Of a stretch of DNA of 32,900 bases, positions 28,094 through 32,900 are shown piece by piece. The translations under genes were made by a program, and so were the position numbers. Numbering within the stretch: position 1 is the stretch's first letter; each line of letters opens with the position of its first letter. This DNA is from an uncultured Clostridium sp. Lineage in GTDB: Bacteria; Bacillota; Clostridia; TANB77; CAG-508. The stretch lies in NCBI GenBank assembly GCA_946497585.1, contig CAMMLF010000003.1, positions 1 to 32,900 on the forward strand, in the 5' to 3' direction. The notes under the pieces are model-generated. The model saw only the letters and a program-made list of their open reading frames with translations. It was not told the origin of the DNA and ran no database searches.

Positions 28094-28479
28094 AAAGAAA
28101 ATATTAAAATATATGACTGGTATATAGAAAATTGTAATGGAATTTACCTAAATTATAATAAAATAAATGCTATTGGTTTGAACTATAACAAATTAAAAAC
28201 TTACATAGAAGAAAAATGTACTTTAGCAGAGGAACTGGGTCATTATTACATACGGAGCTACCTATCCTGCTTTATGTACAGATAAAATATTGATAGATAA
28301 ACAGGAATATCGTGCAAAAAAATGGAGTTATAATGTGCTTATTCCTTTTACTTCTATGAAAAATGCTATCTTAAGCCGGAGTCAATACAATTTATGGTTT
28401 AGCAGAATATTTTGAAGTTACAGAAGATTATATGAAAAATGCTATAAATTATTATAAATGTAAGGAGGAAATATGCTAA
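28094..28479 (+). pseudogene. ImmA/IrrE-family metallopeptidase lacking its start; two +1 shifts at CGG 28253 and 28377
   Basis: KENIKIYDW...EKCTLAEELGHYYI-G-ATY...KQEYRAKKWS..LIP...AILS-G-VNTIYGLAEYFEVTEDYMKNAINYY*; stop overlaps the integrase start. No ATG or RBS; the frame begins right after the upstream TAA. Confidence 0.72.
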
Positions 28480-29901
28480 AAGGTGCTTGCTACATTCGTG
28501 TATCAACTGATAACCAGACAGAATTTAGTCCAGATGCTCAATTAAAAGCTATAAGAAAATATGCTGAAAATAACAATATCTTATTAGATAACGACTATAT
28601 TTTTATTGATGAAGGTATCTCTGGGAGAAAAGCTGATAAACGTCCTGCTTTCCAACAAATGATTAAAGTTGCTAAATCAAAGCCAAAAAAATTTGATGTA
28701 ATTCTTGTACATAAATTTGACAGATTTGCTCGTTCTCGTGAAGATAGCGTTGTCTATAAATCCCTTTTAAAAAAAGAATGTAATATAAAAGTTATATCCA
28801 TTACAGAATCAATTGAAGATGATAAGTTTTCTGTTATATTAGAGGCTATGCTTGAAGCTATGGCAGAATACTATTCTCTTAATTTGTCTGATGAAGTAAA
28901 AAAGGGTATGACTGAAAAAGCAACTAGAGGACAGTATCAAGCTGCTCCTCCTTTTCGGTTACACTATAAAAAATGGTATTCTTGAAATTGTTGAAGACGA
29001 AGCTAATATTGTAAGATTAATTTTTGAAAAATTCACAAATAAAGAAATGAATATATTGCAAATAGCAAAATATGTAAATGATTTAGGATATAGAACTCAT
29101 AGAGGAAATAAATTTGAAAATAGAACTATTCAATACTTATTAACGAATCCTGTTTATATTGGTTATGCACGCTGGACTCCAGGCAGAAAACTAAAACGAA
29201 ATGAAAAATCTGAAAATACTATAATAGAAAAATCACAGCATAAACCTATTGTAGATGAAGATATTTTTAAAAAGGCTAATGAAATTATTGATCACAACAG
29301 ACAAATACACAAAAGATATTTTAAATCAACACCAAACATACATTGGCTAAATGGTCTCGTAAAATGTAAGATTTGTGGAAGTACACTAGTGCGAAATACA
29401 AAAGATTTCTATCAATGTAACGGATATGTAAAAGGTAAATGTTTAAAAAGCCAACTAGTTAAATTAAGCAATATTGAAACTGCTATTTTGGAACAAATAA
29501 AAAGTGATTTTACAAATGGAATAAACATAACTTCTAAACTTGCCATAAAACAAAAAAATAACAGTGAAGCTTATACTTTATTATCTGAATTAGAAAAACT
29601 TAAAGAAAAAGAACGTCGTTGCAAAGAAGCTTATATTAATGGAATTGATACAATAGAAGAATACAAAGAAAACAAAAATTATTTAAAAATTCAAAATGAT
29701 ATGATAACTAACCAATTGAATAAGTTAAAAGATAAAAAAAATGAAGAATTAAAAATTCAAGAGCAATTAAAAACAGTTTACAAGATATTGACAGACGATA
29801 AAATTGATATGAATAGAAAATATGAGGTCTCACATTTAATTATAGATAGAATAGATTTTCTTAGAGATGAAGGAGTTTTAGAGCTTACCTATAAAGCGTA
29901 A
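28473..29901 (+). CDS. Large serine recombinase (integrase), 475 aa with +1 shift at CGG 28956-28958
   Basis: YIRVST catalytic motif, DEGISG, DRFAR; the shift restores PFGY, joining the recombinase domain (NPVYIG), zinc ribbon (C..CG...C...C) and coiled coil. Confidence 0.92.
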
Positions 29902-29942
29902 TAACTAAAGCCATATGGTGGAGCTTACAGTAAAAGTTATTA
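29899..29942. other. Candidate attP
   Basis: 44-bp element right after the integrase stop with inverted arms TAATAACT/AGTTATTA; phage genes on both sides. Confidence 0.5.
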
Positions 29943-30225
29943 TATTTTTATGTAATTTTTTTCTTATTCTTTAATTATTGTATTTTTAAATATACTAATA
30001 TTATATCATAGTTTTTATTATAATAGTTGCAAATGTTTTTCATACATTTTATAATTATTTTGTCTTTTACTATTTCTTTTGTTTTTCTATCTTCCATATA
30101 TAGACACCTTCTTTTAATTTAATAACTTCTATATAAAAATATTTTAAGTTTTGTCCACTATGGAGGATATTTTATAAAAGTATGCTTTTTTTATTATTAA
30201 ATATAAAAATAGTACTTTTATTATA

Positions 30226-30426
30226 TTATTGTACTATTTTGTATAATTCTTCTATTTTAATGTTTAATGCTTTGGCAATTATAATAGCATAGCTCAAGCT
30301 TGGCTCTTTTTCATTTCTTTCTATATAGTTTAAATGAGATGTAGATATTCCAGTTAGTCTAGAAAGTTGTTCTAAACTATATCCTTTTCTTTCTCTTAAA
30401 TCTTTTAATAAAATCTCTATTCTCAT
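30226..30426 (-). CDS. XRE HTH regulator
   Basis: SLEQLSRLTGISTSHLNYIERNEKEP. Confidence 0.9.
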   Translation of the reverse strand: MRIEILLKDLRERKGYSLEQLSRLTGISTSHLNYIERNEKEPSLSYAIIIAKALNIKIEELYKIVQ

Positions 30427-30502
30427 TTATCCCCACCTTGTCTTTAGTATGCTCTAAAATTTTTATAGCATACTTTTTATCCACTATGGTGGAAATATAA
30501 AA

Positions 30503-30601
30503 AACTAAAATAAAAAGGCTAAGTTGCCCCAACCTAGCCTTTTCTCCGAATGGAATTATATATCTATTATTTATTTTAGCATGAATATTTTTTTATGTCA
30601 A
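30503..30601 (-). promoter_or_regulatory. Sigma-A promoter followed closely by an intrinsic terminator (short RNA or attenuator)
   Basis: TTGACA (30601-596)-17-TAAAAT with extended TG; AAAAGGCTAGGTTG-GGG-CAACTTAGCCTTTT hairpin about 25 nt after +1. Confidence 0.65.
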
Positions 30602-30625
30602 TAAGCAGAGCTTTTTTTGCTCTGA

Positions 30626-30931
30626 TTATAGTTCTGTAACAGAAACCAAGCTATAATAATTATGTGTGACTGAAAGAAGCAATCCGTCTAGTGTACAACC
30701 GTAATTTTCCCCACAGAGTCTTTGCACAAATCCTGTATTTTCTATAGTTCGTCCTGTTGCTACAAGCCACGCATTCATTGATTGTGCATTTCCATTTGAA
30801 ATACTTGATATAGCGACAAGATATATTTTTTCTTTTTGGAGTTGATATGTATTTGATGTAGCTTGTTGTATGTATGTACTTTCTACTGTTTTTTGTTCTA
30901 GCTTTTCTAACTGTTCTGTCATTGTCTGCAT
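30626..30931 (-). CDS. Hypothetical beta-rich protein, possibly a fibre-tip-like domain
   Basis: GGAGG RBS before MQTMTEQ; short coiled coil, then beta-type pattern; CAGAGC/GCTCTG hairpin downstream. Confidence 0.6.
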   Translation of the reverse strand: MQTMTEQLEKLEQKTVESTYIQQATSNTYQLQKEKIYLVAISSISNGNAQSMNAWLVATGRTIENTGFVQRLCGENYGCTLDGLLLSVTHNYYSLVSVTEL

Positions 30932-31020
30932 GAGTTCCACCTCCTCATGCTGAAATCTTCTAAACTATATTGTGTGTGTGTGTGTAGAGCCATAAGGCTT
31001 ACGTCGTTTTTATTTAGCAT
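30919..31020 (-). CDS. 33-aa leader ORF containing a (CA)7 tract
   Basis: AGGAGG RBS; MLNKNDVSLMALHTHTQYSLEDFSMRRWNSCRQ*; (TG)7T at 30971-30985. Confidence 0.5.
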   Translation of the reverse strand: MLNKNDVSLMALHTHTQYSLEDFSMRRWNSCRQ

Positions 31021-31032
31021 TACTATGTCCTC

Positions 31033-32398
31033 CTATTTTAAATATTTAGCATTTATGTATCTTATGAGTCCGAGTTTTTATTACTCTTACTTTCGATATG
31101 CTACTTGAAATATTGTCTAGTACAACTACTTTTGTGCCTTTTTTGTAGTTGTATCCGCGAGTCATAGCAGAGCTTGTATACATTTTTGTTGCTCTTGCTA
31201 TTGTATATGTTCTATTTTCTGCTACACTTGCTGAAACTGTAGTATTTGATGTAGTTGAGGTTGTACTTATATAATCACTGTTATATATAAATCTAATTAG
31301 TCCAGTTTTTAGAATTTTTACTTTGTCAATTTTTGATGTTACATTTTCTAGTACAACTACTTTTGTATTCTTTTTGTAGTTGTATCCAGTTATCATGTCT
31401 GATGTTGTGTACAATTTTGTAGCTTTTATTTTATATTCATTTCCAACTGTATTTTTTATATTTGTATTAGTTGTTACTTGACTATCTGTTGTATTTTCTT
31501 TTATTATTTCTTTTGCATCATATCCATAGCAGAAAAATCCTTTGAAATTTGCATATCTTTCAAAATTTTCTATGCTACAATATACTGTATTTCCACTTAC
31601 AGTTACCTTTCCACGTCTTGTTGAAGTATCAAATTTTCCATTGTATAGATAAGGGTCATATATTTTTATCATGTCATTTTCAATTCCAACAAGAACTATA
31701 AAATGTCCTCCATATGTGAATAAGCCATTTCCAACAGAACATACAACATAGTTATTGTTCTTTAATTTTTCTATTGCCGTATCAAAACTTGATGTTTCTT
31801 GATATTCTATATCAAATTCATCTGCTACAGCACGAAATGCACTCCAGTATGTACCGCTATTTGCACTTCTGTATCCATTTTCAACGAACAAATCTCCAAG
31901 TTTATCTGGAGTAATTGTTCCTTTGATACTTGAGACTATCATTGCTGCAGATGTTGGTCCACAACCTGATGTTCCAATAGTTTGACTATTGTCTCCTATT
32001 GCGGTATATACATGATTTTTCCACCTGTTATCAACTTGAGAATAATATGTAAGACCTGCATAGTCTCCAAGTTCTACATCCCAACTTTTTGCTCTGTCGC
32101 CCTCATATGCTATATTTCCTTGAAGCTCAAACGCTTCGCTTTCTATTTCTTGTTCTTCAAGCTGTTGTTCTTCTTCTACACTCAAATCTTGTATTTCTGT
32201 TGTAGAAGCATTTTCTTTTGATTCTTCTAGTATTGCATTTTCTTCTTGTTCTTCAGTTATATCAATTTCATTAATTACAATATTCTGCACTGTTTCTATT
32301 GCTTTGCCTGCTTCTTCACTTATATAAATATTAGCTAGTACAGCAAATACAGCTAATATGCAAGCAATTGCTACCAATATTTTATTTCTTTTTTTCAT
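31033..32398 (-). CDS. Probable endolysin: N-terminal signal/TM, C39-like cysteine peptidase, two SH3b-like repeats; +1 shift at CGG 31072-31070
   Basis: YYSQ.D.RW, SGCGPTSAAM, GHFIVL, IYDP; two repeats with GYNYKK.TKVVVL; downstream of the holin-like gene. Confidence 0.82.
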
Positions 32399-32418
32399 TT
32401 TTCACAATTCCTTTCTTT

Positions 32419-32739
32419 TTATAAAAATTCTTTTAATCCTAGTTTAAAAGCTATATATGTCAAAATTATTGTTGCAATAAAAATTATTACTTTATCTCGT
32501 ATTACTTTTTTTGACTCTTCATATTCTTGAAGTGGTTTATCTTCAACTATTTTTAGTCTGTTATTCATATCGTTTACGTCTTCACGCATTGCTTTTGTTT
32601 CAGAAGCTAGAAGTTTTACAGATGTTGCTAATTCATGTATATCTTCAACTTTTACTTCTAAATTATCTATTCTTTTTGTGTTTGATTTTGCTCTGTCCTC
32701 AATAGAAGTCAATATTTTTATTAATTCTGTCTCTTCCAT
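32419..32739 (-). CDS. Holin-like/XhlA-like protein
   Basis: E.RAKSNTKRID.LE coiled coil plus C-terminal TM; upstream of the lysin. Confidence 0.72.
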   Translation of the reverse strand: MEETELIKILTSIEDRAKSNTKRIDNLEVKVEDIHELATSVKLLASETKAMREDVNDMNNRLKIVEDKPLQEYEESKKVIRDKVIIFIATIILTYIAFKLGLKEFL

Positions 32740-32748
32740 TTTATCCCC

Positions 32749-32832
32749 CTATTCTGTTACTCTTCCAGCAACTTCTTTTGTGTATTCTACTTCTGTCTCA
32801 AATTCATTTGCGATTTTTTCTTCTTCACTCAT
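32749..32832 (-). CDS. 27-aa acidic peptide
   Basis: GAGG RBS; MSEEEKIANEFETEVEYTKEVAGRVTE*. Confidence 0.4.
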   Translation of the reverse strand: MSEEEKIANEFETEVEYTKEVAGRVTE

Positions 32833-32854
32833 TACATTTTCCTCTTTTCTTCTT

Positions 32855-32900
32855 TTATTTCCATTTTCCGACTGCTATTATGCTTACACCGTAGTTTGCA
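32855..32900 (-). CDS. 3' end of a tail-fibre-like gene (partial)
   Basis: ...ANYGVSIIAVGKWK*, a typical fibre-tip C-terminus; precedes the lysis genes. Confidence 0.55.
   Translation of the reverse strand, partial: ANYGVSIIAVGKWK

Noticed and set aside
29975-30097. 40-aa - strand ORF near attP
   Set aside because: Has an RBS-like AAGGTG but is extremely AT-rich with no motif; cannot be supported.
154-31072. Frame breaks as sequencing errors or prophage decay
   Set aside because: Errors and decay should not respect codon phase. All 10 breaks can be placed at an in-frame C-GGN, most are outside homopolymers, and I saw no nonsense mutations or other +1 breaks. Disfavoured, but not excluded without reads.
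154-31072. Simple CGG reassignment to Gln, Trp or stop
   Set aside because: An amino-acid reassignment keeps the frame and cannot rejoin the genes. A stop reading would truncate the integrase, gp10-like and replication proteins.
1-32900. tRNA (e.g. a frameshift-suppressor tRNA), CRISPR array, DGR reverse transcriptase or invertase
   Set aside because: No cloverleaf, repeat-spacer array or RT/invertase motifs recognised by eye. The decoding machinery is presumably host-encoded or outside the window.

Overview
An AT-rich temperate siphophage of a low-GC Firmicute, probably a clostridial host (inference). The window holds most of a circularly permuted, apparently excised genome. On the - strand: baseplate, tail, HK97-type head and cos-type packaging genes (1-16 kb), then late regulator and early/replication genes (16-25 kb). 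On the + strand: the lysogeny module (two repressors, PH-domain protein, MazF/PemK-like protein, ImmA-like remnant, large serine integrase). After that come a candidate attP, the lysis genes and the end of a tail-fibre-like gene. Main observation: in a manual scan, all 10 in-frame CGG codons in confidently called genes (9 genes, both strands) coincide with a +1 frame break. Skipping the C and reading GGN as Gly restores a full-length, family-consistent protein, including the integrase, a head-tail protein, the replication protein and the endolysin. About 50 out-of-frame CGG trinucleotides cause no break. This points to a code-level rule (CGGN read as Gly, or an obligate +1 shift at CGG) rather than to pseudogenes. 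Also notable: a ~420-nt structured RNA candidate with a kissing loop, tandem repressors with different recognition helices, a small RNA behind the MazF-like gene, a Spo0A C-terminal-like gene, and a (CA)n leader ORF. All family calls come from motif recognition, not database searches.
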